Below are positions 1-13,469 of a stretch of 64,000 nucleotides of DNA, piece after piece. The notes under the pieces were generated by a model. That model was not told the DNA's origin. It ran no database searches and saw only the letters and a program-made list of their open reading frames with translations. This stretch comes from Negaprion brevirostris (lineage: Eukaryota): positions 86,097,106 through 86,161,105 of the forward strand of contig JARDVH010000001.1 of assembly GCA_030324005.1 (NCBI GenBank), in the 5' to 3' direction. Within the stretch, counting starts at the first letter, position 1, and the number at the start of each line of letters is the position of its first letter. Both the position numbers and the translations under genes were made by a program.

Positions 1-1204
1 GACCTAGCAGACGACACGATTAAGAAACAAATATTAAGCGTGATTATATTAGTGATAAGGGTTATTGATCTGACACAGCTTCTAAGTTTAGCTTTATTCA
101 CAAAGTCCCCATCAACAGCAACTGAAAACATATAATTTCAGGCATTACACTACCATCAATACTTTTTTCCCCAGGACATATGGCATTTAATTTCCAGAAG
201 CTATTTTGAGCTAAAGGGTGAAGCAGGAATCTTTGAAAAAACTGTCAGTTCTAAAATACTGTCATGTTTTCCACACTGCATTTTTGCTATATTTACATTA
301 CTCACAACCTTAAAATGTTCTCAACAAATGTTGTGGTCAATTTTTCATGTTTGTCACTGGCCAATAAATCTGTTTTAAAATAACCCATTCTATTTAAGAT
401 ATTGAAAATATTCTGATAAATTTTGGCCCAGATTTTCCGATCAGCATCAGTGTATTTGACACTGACTATAATTAAATATCTGCTCACATTATCATTTTTT
501 ACTGGAGCTTTTGCACCTTCCAGGTCCAGCTCCAGCAGGGATGAAGGGAGAAACAATAGTCAGGTGTCCAATTGTCCAAGTGTAATTCCAGCGAAGCCCT
601 CTTCTCTCACCATGAGTTCAAGACACTTTTAAGATTTGTCTTCGCTTCAATGAGCTACATTGTTTAAAACGGAGCTGTCAACCTGACACTGTTTAACCTT
701 CCCATCACTGACAATGCTAACACCCCCACTTCCCAGACAATGCCCCCCATCACCTCAACAAGGTTCACCCCCTCCATTTCTCCCAACAATGCTCCAATGC
801 CCCCCTCAACCCTGAAAATACTCAGCCTGCCTCACACTTCTCAGTCTGTGAAAATAGTCAACCCAAGCCCATCACTCCATGACAAAACTGACTCTTCCAA
901 CATCGGCCTGACAGGAGCCAGAGATTCCAGAAGGTGAGTCAAGAGGGTGAGCACTGTCCAGGGAGCTGGTAGGGGAGCGAATGTTGTGGGAGATGGTGTG
1001 AACATTGTCAAAAAGAGCTGTGAACATTGCTGGGGGCTTGGGAAGGGGGATGGCAGGGGCTGATGAGTACTGATGTGGTTGCTTTGACACTCCAGCTCAT
1101 TTACTCAAGTTATGCTACTTTTATATCTGACGGTCAAGACAATTCCCAATGCCAATGCTTTGGCCAAAGTTGACATGCCTTTTTATAACTTAAATCAAAA
1201 GCTT

Positions 1205-1770
1205 GGGAGAATAACTATTCCCTAGCATTTTCACCATGTTTTAGAATATGTTCCTCATATTCCAAGTCCATTTGCCAACCAACCTTTTTTCATGCAATAT
1301 GAATTGTTAAATTCTTGGCTTTGACTTGATGAGTACAAACTGGAAAAACTTTGGCTACATGCCTCATTTCTGAGCTACACTTCTTTATTATGAAAAACAA
1401 CCTTAGCGGCCCTGAAAACCTGAGCTTCTATTTGGGGACTGTCAAATTTCTCTGTCATTGTATAAACATACGCATCTGTTTCTTTTTAACTAGTTTATAT
1501 GTACTATCTTACTCCACCAAAACCATTTGCTCACTTGGTAGTACAGAACTTAACACTTGGTGGTGAAGAGTTTGGCAATTAACTATTCCCTAATGTATTT
1601 TCCATGGCAATGCCTCTACCAATCAGGATTCATTTGTTAACCATTCAATAGTACTCTCTTCACATGCAGCATAAATTGTTGTTCCCTTTGAAATTTGGTA
1701 TTCTTACGAATCTGTCCTAATGAGTGAAGGACAACAAGCTTCAAGAGCTGTCTCTCTATTCGGCAATACA
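1205..1770 (+). repeat. Two diverged tandem copies (about 1205-1375 and 1575-1770) of an old repeat, each ending in a decayed hammerhead-like motif
   Basis: Shared blocks TAACTATTCCCTA, CATTTGycAACCA and CATGCArcATrAATTGTT, then GAC-TTGATGA-GT..AC..GAAAACTT (copy 1) and GTC-CTAATGA-GT..AC-AACA-AGCT-TC (copy 2). Confidence 0.55.
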
Positions 1771-3559
1771 CAATCATTTATTTCACTGTCTGAAAAGTTA
1801 AATTAGAAATGAAGAACTTAAGCATTTTTAATTTCCTGATTTGCTGTGTGTGAATACTTCATTACAATTGGCTGTTTACCCTGCTTGCTGACATCACTGC
1901 TACTGCATAGCTGGAGATCCCCTTGACTGAGCATTTAATTTAAACTGCTGTCAGGAAAGAAGAAAACAACAGCACGAAGTTCACTAGATCCTTGCGAGCA
2001 GTTGTCTTCGTGGTCAGCAACAAAAATCCTTGCTTCACAGCTGATCAAAAAATCCAGGCTGCGATCCTCTGGAGCTCGAGAGGAAATTATAAATTCTAAA
2101 TAACTGGATACTTAAATTGATTTTTGGTTTTCCAGTAACTAGTTCCTTGGATTACGTTTTTATTATTTAAGAATATTTCAACGCATTTTGCACATTACTG
2201 CTGACTGATAGTAATCCTTTGGAAAAAAAATCACAAATGACTTTTTGTCACCTCATGACGTTAATAGTGTATTTCTAGATGATGTGGCAAGTGGATCAGC
2301 TCTGGAAGAATACATAAAAAGGCAATGCACATTAACGTCAAAGTGTCAGTAATGTGACACTTCAGCAGAGACATAAACTTTTGAGTGCCATAGCAGGTGA
2401 TTGCAGGTATAGGAAAATTAGCAAAAAGACTCATCATGTCTCTGATGGTTATATAATGAGAGCAGAAAGACAACCCTTTTCTAAGGTTAAGGTTACAGCC
2501 AGTAGAGAAAGGGAAACAGAAATTAATTGTAAATGGAAACTTCTCACAGCAGAAACTGATTACAATTGAAGATCATGAATACAAGTCTTGTAATGACATC
2601 TAAATGATGGGACATATAAATCCCACCTATTTATCATCTTTTGCTTTATCACCTTTTCTTTATTGATAAACACAATTTTTGGACAGTCCAAGATATGCTG
2701 AAACCCTTCCACACTCACTACCAACAGGCATCTCATCTGAGGACAAGAAACCAGCGTAAACATGCAAAATAATCGCATCTTAGAAAGTCAACAAACATTG
2801 GGGTCAGTGGAATTTCTGTCACTGTCAAGATGCTTGCGAGGTCCTAACAAAGCAAAGAATCCATAAGTTCTGTATGTTAATCATTTTTGTATATATCCTA
2901 CTATATATATAATGCTATCAAAATTCTTCTGGATTTAATACCACTTTTTCCCAAATGTGTCAATGTCAATAAGTCTATTTGCACAAGGATTAGGAATTAG
3001 TGCAGAAGCAAGTTGAGCAGAGTCCAATCATACCATTGCATGTACAGTTTAATTAATTCTTTCTAGCCTCTTACTACTACTTGTCATTATGTGAAACATG
3101 TTTAGAAGGCATGAGAAATGATTAATGGCAGAGTTGACAGCAGAAGTTAGCTCTGTAATTTTGTTTATTGAAAGTTATTTATATACAATTCCTCATTATT
3201 TCTTTGGGTTTTTTTATACTTATGTTACTTTCTATTTTTTCTTGTCTTTCTCTATCCCTTGTCCAAGTTTTCAGGCTTGGAAGTATTCTGGCTCTCTCTG
3301 ATGAAGTGCAACCAGAGTTGCACTTTAAAGTTACATACAGCAATCTGACTCAAATTTTGAAGAATTTAAACCACATCCCATCATTGTGTCACTCAACAGT
3401 CTAGATCTTACAGTCCTCAGACTGTCAGAGACCAGACGTACGATCTGCATTGCGCATTGGAATCCGGTGGAAGTGCCAACATGCTGACTCTGTGGGAATT
3501 GCCCAGTAAGTTTGAAATTCCAATCAGCAATTTCCCTGCCTTGTGACCATCCAAAACTC

Positions 3560-3725
3560 TCCAATTCACCTACCTGTCACCCTATCACCTGCCATCCTGC
3601 CACTCTACCCACATACTACGTTGCCCACCTACCACCCATATCATCCTACCCTCTTACCTCACCCACCTATTCATTCACTCATTTTTCCACCCTCTCATTC
3701 ACCAATTCACCACCATTCACATGGG
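3560..3725 (+). repeat. C/A-rich low-complexity tract
   Basis: Degenerate CACC/CTAC/TTCAC repeats. Confidence 0.6.
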
Positions 3726-3984
3726 ATATTTAAAGCTATCTTATGGCAGCTAATGCCATACAAAGTGGATGCATCCCTCTGAACTGATTCTCTTCATTGT
3801 GTTCTGCGAGGATTCCTACACTGAGATGGTCTTCCGCATTCTGAATCAGAGGTCTGACCTTTTTAAATGTCTCCAGGTAAATAGGTAATTTTTTGTCCAA
3901 CTTTCTTTATGCCAGGTATGACTCCAACCAGCAGAGATATCCCCCCCAACCCCAATTCCTATTAACTCCAGTTTTGATCGGAGT

Positions 3985-4322
3985 CCTTGTTACCACACTT
4001 GGTCAAATGCTGACATCAAGGGCAGTCACTCTTGCCTGACTATAGGAGTTCAGCACTTTTGCCCATGCTTGAACCAAGGCTGGAATTAGGTCAGAAGCTG
4101 AGTTACCCTGGTGGAACCCAAACTGAGCATCAGTGCTAAGTAAGTGCTGCTTGATAGTACTATTGATGACCGCTTCCGTCACTTTACTGACGGTCGACAG
4201 TAGATGGATGGGCCAGTAATTTTGCTGGTTGAGATTTCTCCTGCTTTTTGTTTACTGAATATACCTGGATAATCTTCCACATTGCTGGGTATTTGCCTGC
4301 CTTGTAGCTGTACTGGAACAGT
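3985..4322 (-). mobile_element. Decayed LINE (CR1/L2 group) ORF2 reverse-transcriptase fragment
   Basis: Minus-strand translation across frameshifts: LFQYSYKAGKYPAMWKIIQV..NYWPIHLLSTVSKVTE..DAQFGFHQGNSASDLI..VTALD. These match the non-LTR RT motifs NYRPISLL and QFGFR. Confidence 0.8.
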
Positions 4323-5981
4323 ACCTGTGTACTTAAAAGTGGGTCCCACCGGCAACAAGTATATTATCTTTCAGCGGTAAGAGGGATGGGCAGAGTTTGT
4401 GTCAGAAAATCTAGATTTCCCTGCATGCTGTGGAGTTTTGACTTGTTAGTTTTGCTTTGACAAGTTCCTTGCTCAGAAGTCATCCTGATTTGGTTTACCT
4501 TTAGTTGAGTGCGGGACACACCAAAGCAGGCCACAACCAGATTTGCATGTTTGTCACAAGCTTCATCTAGTGGGAGTTTATAAGATGGGATAGACTCTGA
4601 TCTCCCACTTCAGGGTGGTCTGCTCTTGGGTGGCTACGACCTCTGATCTCCAGGAGTTGCTGATCTCGAGGAGGTTGCTGATCCTTGACCTTGCAGAGAG
4701 TATGGAGGGAGTTGATTCGAGATCTCAAAGAGTCCGGCCACCAAACCATAGGGACAGATGCAGGGGCTGCAGTTATGTAGTCTGATGTATGGGTGGGTGG
4801 GCTGGGGTGGGGGAGGCGGGGGAGTTCAGGAAGTTGGCGAAGGCACATACAGTTGACCTAAAGCTTTGCTCAAATTCTTCCAACTGCCATGTTTCCTTAG
4901 GCCTGAGAAGCCTGTTTGATCACAGTAAAACCTGCAAAGCATGTTAAATCAGAGGCTGCCAGCTTCATTCAAATACTTAATTGGCCAACCTGCACTCACT
5001 GGGAAAGGATTGACTGCCTCTACTTGCTCTGCCTCCATTAAACCCTGGAATGGTTGGGTTGAAGGCGAGTTGGGTAGAATTTGTTTTAACATCTAACTAG
5101 ATCTGAAACCAACTGGGGAATTAAGATCCAGCTCTTTGGTTCCACATAATTTTCTACCAATTAAATTAATGGTCAGAAAATCATATATAATTTCTACTTA
5201 AATTACTAACATTCCGTCTGATAAATGGTGTCCCCTGCCAGGAGCACAAAATTGTACAATTATTTATACATTGCTCATCTTAAATATCTCCCCAGTATTT
5301 ACTAAAATCAGGACATTAAAAGATGAAAATAAGCTTATTAGAGCCAGAAATATTACAAGGTAGTATCAGCAATTGATACCAAAAAACTGAGATTATTTCA
5401 ATGCTTAATTATTATTCTCAATCGGGCCACTGTTCAAACTGGTGAGCATAAACTGATGGAATATAAAGCAGAGTGGGGAAAACGAAGGAATCACTTAACC
5501 TAAGCCTCACAAAATTCTTCATGGTCAGGTTGGGCAGCTATTGGCAATGGCATGCAGCAAAGCCATCAACCAACTCCCTTTCAACCAAAATTGTTGCATA
5601 ATCTGAGAAAACTAAGTAAAATGGAAGAGAAAAGTTACTCAAAGGAAATGGATTCCAATAGTTCAGCATAACAATTGATGTTAAAAGGGTTGTTCTGGCA
5701 GCTATAGAACAAATGCTTGCAAACTGCAAAGCTTGTACCTGGGAATCGCTGATGAATAAATTACAGTTTGATAGTGATTTGAAATCTCAGCATAGCTGAC
5801 ACTGACACTCTGTAGAAGGTATCTGCAATCAAAGTCAGATTTACTATCTTCAAAACGCAGTTATCTAATATCTTCAGATTGTTCCTATTTACAAAATTAA
5901 TTCAACGATCTGCACCTGGAATTGCCTATGATGGCTGATAATCTTCATACATTTGTTTATGTCATGATACAAATAAATTCT

Positions 5982-6174
5982 GAGGGTAAATTTGACTTTC
6001 TGTAATAGTGTAAAATGAGTTTTAGAAAATCAGCAGCCTATTTTCCACCTCTCCCAATTTCAATTTTTATCTCCATTGATGTCAGTGGAAATAAAAATTA
6101 CAAAAGGTACAAAATGGTCTATCAATTTGCTCTTGCCTGTTTTATATGCTTGTACAAAATCAAAATTAACCCTC
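5982..6174. mobile_element. Palindromic MITE (probably PIF/Harbinger-type non-autonomous element)
   Basis: Terminal inverted repeats GAGGGTAAATTTGA / TCAAAATTAACCCTC and a central palindrome AATTTTTATCTCCATTGA-TG-TCAGTGGAAATAAAAATT. Confidence 0.7.
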
Positions 6175-9149
6175 GCCCCGACTATCTATTTTCTACAAAC
6201 AATCATTCCTCATTAGCTATGATTTCTCACGCCACAACAAGGCACATTACTTTTTTACAAGGATGCTTGTTACACGGTAGCCATCAATTGCCATGCTGTC
6301 TCCATGATATTGCTCTCTGTTTTCAAGAGCTTGCTTTTAGTAATATAACAAATTCACTGATATGATATTGACAACCTTTCAGGAAAGGGTAACAATTTAT
6401 CAATTTATAGGCCAACACAGGCAATCTGTGGAGAGTTGTTAATGTGTGGAATATCCATGATGGCCCAGTGCATAATCCATGAATAGCAAAGTGACCAAAT
6501 GATGATAAACTATTTCTTTTCAGTCAGTTCTTTTCATTCCATTTAATGAAAAGAATATTGCTAATTTGGAGCAGTTATGGATTTATTTTACTGTTTAAAA
6601 CTTCTGTTGCATCCTTAACGCTATAGCAATGTTGAAATTATGTTGTAAATTTTCACCTTGAATTAAATTACCTCAGATATTCTGTCAGATAAAGTAGTTC
6701 TGGTCACTCCTGTAGGAGGATCCCTTTGTCTTATACTCAAGAGTCTGTATCTAGTGTCCATTACTGTAAAAAAAACTCTTTATGATCACAGCCAAATAAG
6801 TATGCAGAACCTTCAGCTTTGGTCAGGGTATAAAACTTATGATCTCAGGTCAATTGCCAGTTACACGCTGTCACCCAATACCCCTTCTATTTCATATGGA
6901 AATAATCAGAGTGTATTACCTCTGATGTCACAGTACTTTATCACAGACATCATTAAAAATAACAATCAATGCAGCTGTAGTTTTTAACCATTTACTCGCT
7001 GTGAATATTTAAAACAAAAACCACAGTATTGGTGAAATTTCCCTGGCTTTTCTCCTGTTTCACTCTCATAACTTTGAGTAGATGGGGTGGGGCAGAGCTG
7101 AAGAAAATCTGAAGAGACCTACCCCAGTGTAACAACATCTGTTAGCCAAGTGTCCACTTCATTTTGTAAGTGTTTATGGCAAGCAATACTCATTTAACAC
7201 AGGCTAAGATCTCAATCTACAGACTGTGACACAAAAGGGAACTAACTGAAATGAACAAGAAATGGAATACTCTTCTCTTTCCACTGTAATCAGGTTTTAT
7301 TCAAAGAAAAATAAACCAATGGCCAAGATATGCTCCAATTATCTTTATGAAGAAAAATCAACTGGGTATTCATTTTCATTAAACAGTAACTGTTGTTATG
7401 GTGCATACACTAATATTATTTTAAGGCAAATTGGATGTAATAGGCCACATTCTGTGCAAACACAGTTTGGTTTCAGAAATGCAATAAAGCATGACCATGG
7501 CCATCAACAAGAATCTATCATCCCAAATGTGCAAACTATTCATTATAATTATGTGTGTCTATTTCCATTCTGCTTATTTCTACCAAATCTTCTGTAATTG
7601 CATTGTGACTGTTAAGCACCAAGAAAATTATCTAGAGTAAACTTAATTACAGTCATAAATATTGCCCCCTTGAAAAAGCTGAGTTCTTACATCATCTTGC
7701 ACAAGTATCTTTTCTCCAACTCTGAAAGGAATTCAAATGTCATGTTTTGCTCTCTATTTGTCAAGAGCATGTACATCACTGCGGATACAACACACTTTGA
7801 ATTTGGAACCTTTGGGACAAAGTCTGGTATGCATTGTTCTACTATTATTTACAATAAAGATGATGAAGTGATATGTTTCACTTTTCTACTTGCTTGCCAC
7901 TGGAGTCTAACAGTCATCTTTCCTGTGGCTTGATGGATGGATTTTGAGTTTTCACCAGCCTGTCTTGCACACTGTTAATCTCATTTTGGGACATATGCTA
8001 TTGAACCGTGGTAAAGGGTAATAGTAACCTACACTTCATGCCTTTTTCCAGGCATGGCCCAGCTGTTTTTATCAAACTGTTGCAGTTAAGACAGTTAATG
8101 AGGGCTGATTGATACCAAGAGAGTTTCAATCACAAAATTCTTTCCAATTTCAGATGATTTTATGCAAGANNNNNNNNNNNNNNNNNNNNNNNNNNNNNNN
8201 NNNNNNNNNNNNNNNNNNNNNNNNNNNNNNNNNNNNNNNNNNNNNNNNNNNNNNNNNNNNNNNNNNNNNAGACATTCTTATAAGCTGTTGCTATAAACCA
8301 AGTGCTAATTGAAACAAGCTATTTTTATCCTTGTAACCATATACGTTGTGCATTCTATAACAGCACATGAACATTTACTGACTCTTTTTGCGAAAGTGTT
8401 ACCTTCTCTGATAAACAAAGCTATTTTTGTTCTTGCTACTACTGCTTTGCGTTTGTTGAAAAAAATCAGCGAGTAAGATTACACGATAAGTTTATGGCCT
8501 TGAAATTATGTAATTGAATTCTGTTCAACCGTTCTGTCAGAGATTTCTCTTTTCATATCATTATTGGTGTTTCCCTGTTTCAAATAAAATTAGCAACTCC
8601 ACTAAAATAACAGAGAAGTTCAGACATGTCAAATGTTTGTCTGCTAGTATCACACATCATAATTTCAGGGTCTGTGTTTTTACAATTCGAATTACAAATT
8701 AAAATATTTATGGTTCAAGTAAAGTCGTAATTTCCTACATGCTAGCAGTATTACTAATGCAAAAAGGCAAATCACCTTCTCAATTGTTGCATGCAAAATA
8801 ATTAAAAGATAAAATTTGACACACTTGGAAGTTGCTTTTTTGGAATGTGCTGATCATAATGTGTTATGTTGTTATATTATTTCAATGAATAGTAAGTATC
8901 TAGTTATACACTTAAATATCCATGATGCCACATCACTCACTCTGCACTACAGCAGTGTAAAGCCACATGTATCAGTCCACCAATCACATGGAGAATTGTA
9001 AGAAATGCATGACAAAATTTCAGCATTTGAGTCTTAAACTGATTATTCAAAACATCTTAAACTCTGTCTCCTTTTTATAAAAAGATTGGTCTCAGAAAGT
9101 GTCCTGATACTATGACACTAATAGTAGATTCTACCATTTTTCGTATTGC

Positions 9150-9460
9150 TAACATCAAGCTAACTGGCCTATACTTTGCATGTTTTCTTTCCCCTTCTTT
9201 CCTGAATAGCAGGGTTACATTTGCTACTTTCCAATCCACTGGAATCTAAGAAATTCTGGAAGTTCAAACCAATGCATCCACTATCTCTTTCAAAGCTCTA
9301 GGATGTCTGTCATCAGACCCAGAGGATTTACCAACTTTGATTTCCAGTAGTTTCTCTAGTACTATTTTACTGATTCTAATTACATAAAATTCCTCAGTTT
9401 CATTAAACCCTTTGTTTCCCAATATTTCAGGATTTTTTTGTGTGTCTTATCTTATGAAAA
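9150..9460 (-). mobile_element. Decayed CR1-like LINE internal fragment
   Basis: Resembles the CR1 ORF2 region between endonuclease and RT (CCTTCTTTCCTGAATAGCAGGGTTACATTTGC...TTCCAATCC...AATGCATCCACTATCTC). Confidence 0.6.
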
Positions 9461-11049
9461 CAGATGTAAAGGTTGGGAATTTCAACAGTTCAGATACAAT
9501 GCTGGGTCCAATGAATGCCAGCATGAGCATTGCCCATTTGTAAACACGTTCCATCTTAAAGAGCTGCCTGCTAAATCCCAACATAGCTGCTATCATTCCA
9601 GGCTGCTCCCACCTCCTGACCAAGTAGGCCATTTGCTTTTAAATATTATGTTGCAATCAAACCACAGCTCAGATGCAGGGTCAGTCCTTAGAATTCATTT
9701 AAATGCTGAGTTCCTTACAACACAATAAAAATGTCATCCCAAACCTATTTAATGGGCTAGATTTTCACAAGTTGGGACCAAATGATCTCCTTCTGCACTG
9801 TAGCGATTCCAAATTCCTAATGGGGGGCCAGATACAGAAGCCTTGCCTCCATGTCTGACTGATACAATTTTCACCGGTGACAGAAAGGGGGAATGGGGTG
9901 CGAGTCACACGCACACAGCACGAATTTGCGGAGCCATTTGAATCAGTTTAAATAGACTCCATTTTCACTGTTCCAGGAACTTTAACCTGCAGTGTGGAAG
10001 TCACAAATTTATGGAGGAGACACAAAACTTTTGAAAGGTCAATAAGGTTTTTTAACTGTCATGATCTGAAGTTATTTGAATCCCAGCTGATAAGAACTTA
10101 TAAGAAAACTAGGCTGCAGCTGTCAGAGTAAAAGAAAATGATATGCTTTTGAACAGCACTGATTGACAGGCTGTCTTTAGCAACCTAGGAAAAAACATTG
10201 CTAACTCTTCCTACAGCTCCAATGGACATTATTGTTGACACTTCCCGAAGGTTGTTATTAAGCTGACCCAATTGTGAAAGATTGGCCGAGTTTCAAAAGA
10301 TCCATATCCACTTATCTCAGCAGCGGACAAAGTTTACAAATTGACTGTGTTAAGAGCAATTAAAGAATGGGCCATCTCTAATGTGATTACTGAATGCAAG
10401 TTTTTTTATATGTAACAGATTGGACACTTCAGAAGTTTGAAATATTTGACTGGGTTTCATGAGTGAGAGTTTTTTTTCTGTATCAAGTATGTATTGAGTT
10501 GTAGAATTGTAACTCTTCTTCATATCCACATGTACATTGTGGATATGGGAGAGCTGCCAAGAAGATAGCATAGAAGGAGAATGGGGCTAGTTTGGAGTGA
10601 CTTAAAAGCCTTTTAATGAATCTGAGCCATAGTCTGAGAAAACAAAGGTAAACCTTCTAATCAGCACACCTCCACAGTCACCCACTTCTATTGTCACCTC
10701 TAAACTGTCTCCAGAGGTGGCAGGCAGCAGAGGTTTCCTTACCTGTTGATTTGCAAATAGATTTTAATCATGCTTTGCTTGAATTTATTGACATAAACTA
10801 ACATTCATCAAACCCTTCTGGAGAGTTACACAGGAAATCAATCAAACTTGTTCACTGTTATTAAACATAGAGAATGAAGGAGTGCCAAATGCAATCTCCC
10901 AGAACACTGGTAAAATATTCAAATTCCAAAACATCATGGTCAAACTTTTCATGAGACATGAGTAACTAGATGAGCCATTCATTAGAGGATTGCTAAGCTC
11001 AATTCCACACACCCATCAGCCCCAAGTTAGCTTATGTTTAAAATCGAAG

Positions 11050-11760
11050 AGCTGAATTTTAAATATTAAGCATTTTGAGCCTTGCTTTCCCTCACGGCAG
11101 AAGTCCATCGCCAGCCAAAAAACTTTAAAAAATGTTGCCCACAGCTATAATATAATCTAGTAGGGGTAGCATTAACAGAGTCATTGTTTGATTTCCACCC
11201 CTCAGAGATAGGAAATCCCACCCTCAATGGCTGATGGGTGATAAGACTGACTGGCAACTGGGCAGTTGCCTGCTGCATCAGAATTCAGCAATAGGCGCTG
11301 CAGAGACTGTATTCAGTCACCAGGAAGAAGTCAACATGTACGTCAGACTCAGGCACATCTGAGCTTTTGGGACAGAGGGGGATTGGGGACTCTTGTGGGT
11401 TCAGGGTTTGGAGGCCGAGGAGTGGTAAGAAAGGCAACACAAAGTTGAGCGGGGGGCAGGGGGGGGACATCCTATCAGGTGTTGCTTACAATGCACACAG
11501 GAAGAAGATACCCCTCCATTTCCTTCTCACCTTTCACTAAAGTTAGTGTAAAAGTGGCCTGCCCACCCTCCTCTGCTCCCATTGGCAGCAAAGGCAGAAT
11601 TAAGTCTATGGATGGATGGGATGGCAGATGCCTTAACTACCCACCATATTTTTGGGACAGCTTAGGGGTCTGCATAAAAACAGTGGACTAGTTGTCCATC
11701 CCACTTTTGTGTACCCTAGCCTCAAACACACCAGCAGAGGGCTGTAAACTTCAGTCCTTG
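11050..11760. mobile_element. Decayed non-autonomous DNA transposon-like element
   Basis: GC-richer block bounded by GAGCTGAATTTTA and TAAACTTCAGTCC, which form imperfect inverted ends. Confidence 0.4.
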
Positions 11761-11894
11761 GAACCCTGACTCCAAGTTAATAGATCACTTATACTATGAT
11801 AAACATAAACGGTTTTACTACTAATGTTTGCCAAAATGGAAACTGTCAATTAGTAGCGCTAATTAAAAAGAGCTCAGGGATATAATCAAAATGG

Positions 11895-11975
11895 AACTTT
11901 CTCGAGGGCATTTAGTAATAGACAACAAACGATGACCTAACCAGTGAAGCTCACATCCCAGGAAAGAATTAAAAA
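11895..11975 (+). mobile_element. Short LINE/SINE 3' tail fragment (same tail as 13836-14225)
   Basis: TTCTCGAGGGCATTTAG...CCAGTGAAGCTCACATCCCAGGAAAGAATTAAAAA resembles the tails at 14145-14225 and 36925-37003. Confidence 0.6.
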
Positions 11976-12291
11976 CCGGAATTGCACCTTTCCAAAAACT
12001 GGAAGAGATATTGGCATATAAATTCAAACAACAATGTTTGGTATAAAATAATCATCATCCTGTCATTGTCTTGATTCATTTTTTGACTCATTTTTTCAAA
12101 TTTCATTACCCACTGGAATACAGGAGTAATCGATTAGTAAGCAACCCTTTAACAACGTTTAAGGGTTTTAGAGATCAGATGTTCCTGGTAACGTACAAAA
12201 TACAAATGATGAAAACTTATTTATGCGAAGTGACACAATTTTCAAGTTTATACTGAGGAAGTATAAAGTTAGACACATTACAGAAGATTTC

Positions 12292-12632
12292 ATCATCATA
12301 GAAACTCTACAGCACAGAAAAAGGCCATTTGGCCCACTGAGTCTGCACCGACCACAATCCCACCCAAGTCCTACCTTCGTATCCCTACATATTTTAACCA
12401 CTAATCCCTCTAACCTATGCATCTCAGGACAGTAAGGGGCAATTTTAGTAAGGCCAATCAACCGAACCCTCACATCTTTGAACTGTGGGAGGAAACCGGA
12501 GCACCCGGAGTAAACCCACGCAGACTCGAGGAGAATGTGCAAACTCCACACAGACAATGATCAAGCCAGGAATTGAACCCAGGTCCCTGGAGCTGTGAAG
12601 CAGCAGTGCTAACCAGTGCTACCGTGCCACCC
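12292..12632 (-). mobile_element. Full-length tRNA-derived V-SINE (HE1-like)
   Basis: Minus strand has box A (GGCACGGTAGCACTGGTTAGCACTGCTG), box B (GGTTCAATTCC), the V-domain GTGTGGAGTTTGCACATTCTCC..GGGTGCTCCGGTTTCCTCCCACAG and a CR1-like tail ending in (ATG)n. Confidence 0.9.
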
Positions 12633-13469
12633 TGTTCGCTATCTTTTAGCTATCTTTTAGTGAATTGAAAGTAAAATTTCTGATGCATCATTTTTTGGTA
12701 CATAGTGTAATTGCATTTTCCGAGCTGCAATTTTTCATCTCTTTAAATGGAGACATGTTTAAGGTGGAGATTTGCCAACTGGGAGTGAAATTTGTGCTTC
12801 AGGAACATGCCTCACGACTGGGTTGTGCATCTGAATTTCTAGTCCATTAGAAATTGTTCAGAAAGATTTCTTACTTTTACTATTTTTAATAAAATTAAGG
12901 AAACATTTTTATGAATTACTTCATGACTTGGTATGTAACTGTGCATTCAGACTCAGGATGAAAAGGGATCAGGTCAACATCAGGTACCAGGATATCCACA
13001 GAAAACAGTTTTGGTGGAGGACAGGGATATCAACAACTTTCACAATGGAATCCTGGAATAGAAGGCGAGGAAGGAGAGTGACCAGAGTCTGCACATGCTG
13101 CTCTTCCAGCCCGAGTGAGACAGACTTGGGTCAGTCACAAGGGCTGGAATTGGAATTTGGTCTCATAGTAGAAGCAGAGCAGCACCATTTGCCAGCCTAT
13201 GCAATGATGCAGTTGAAAAAAATACCTAGGGGAAAACAAAATCAACAGAGGAAAGGCTAAAATGTTTATAGGANNNNNNNNNNAGGAGTTGACTGCTGCA
13301 CTTTGGGCCAATTAAAGGGATGCCCTAATACTTTCCGCATCAGAACTTGGAAAGCAAAGATCAGTTGAGACATGTTAAGGAATACCCAAATGCAGTTAAA
13401 GGACCTAGATGCTGATGCTGATAGACAATGGCATGGAGGTGTTTGCCTTGACCAAGTGTGTACCAAAGA

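Noticed and set aside
12560-12632. tRNA-like sequences at SINE heads
   Set aside because: These are SINE box A/B heads continuing into the V-domain, not tRNA genes.
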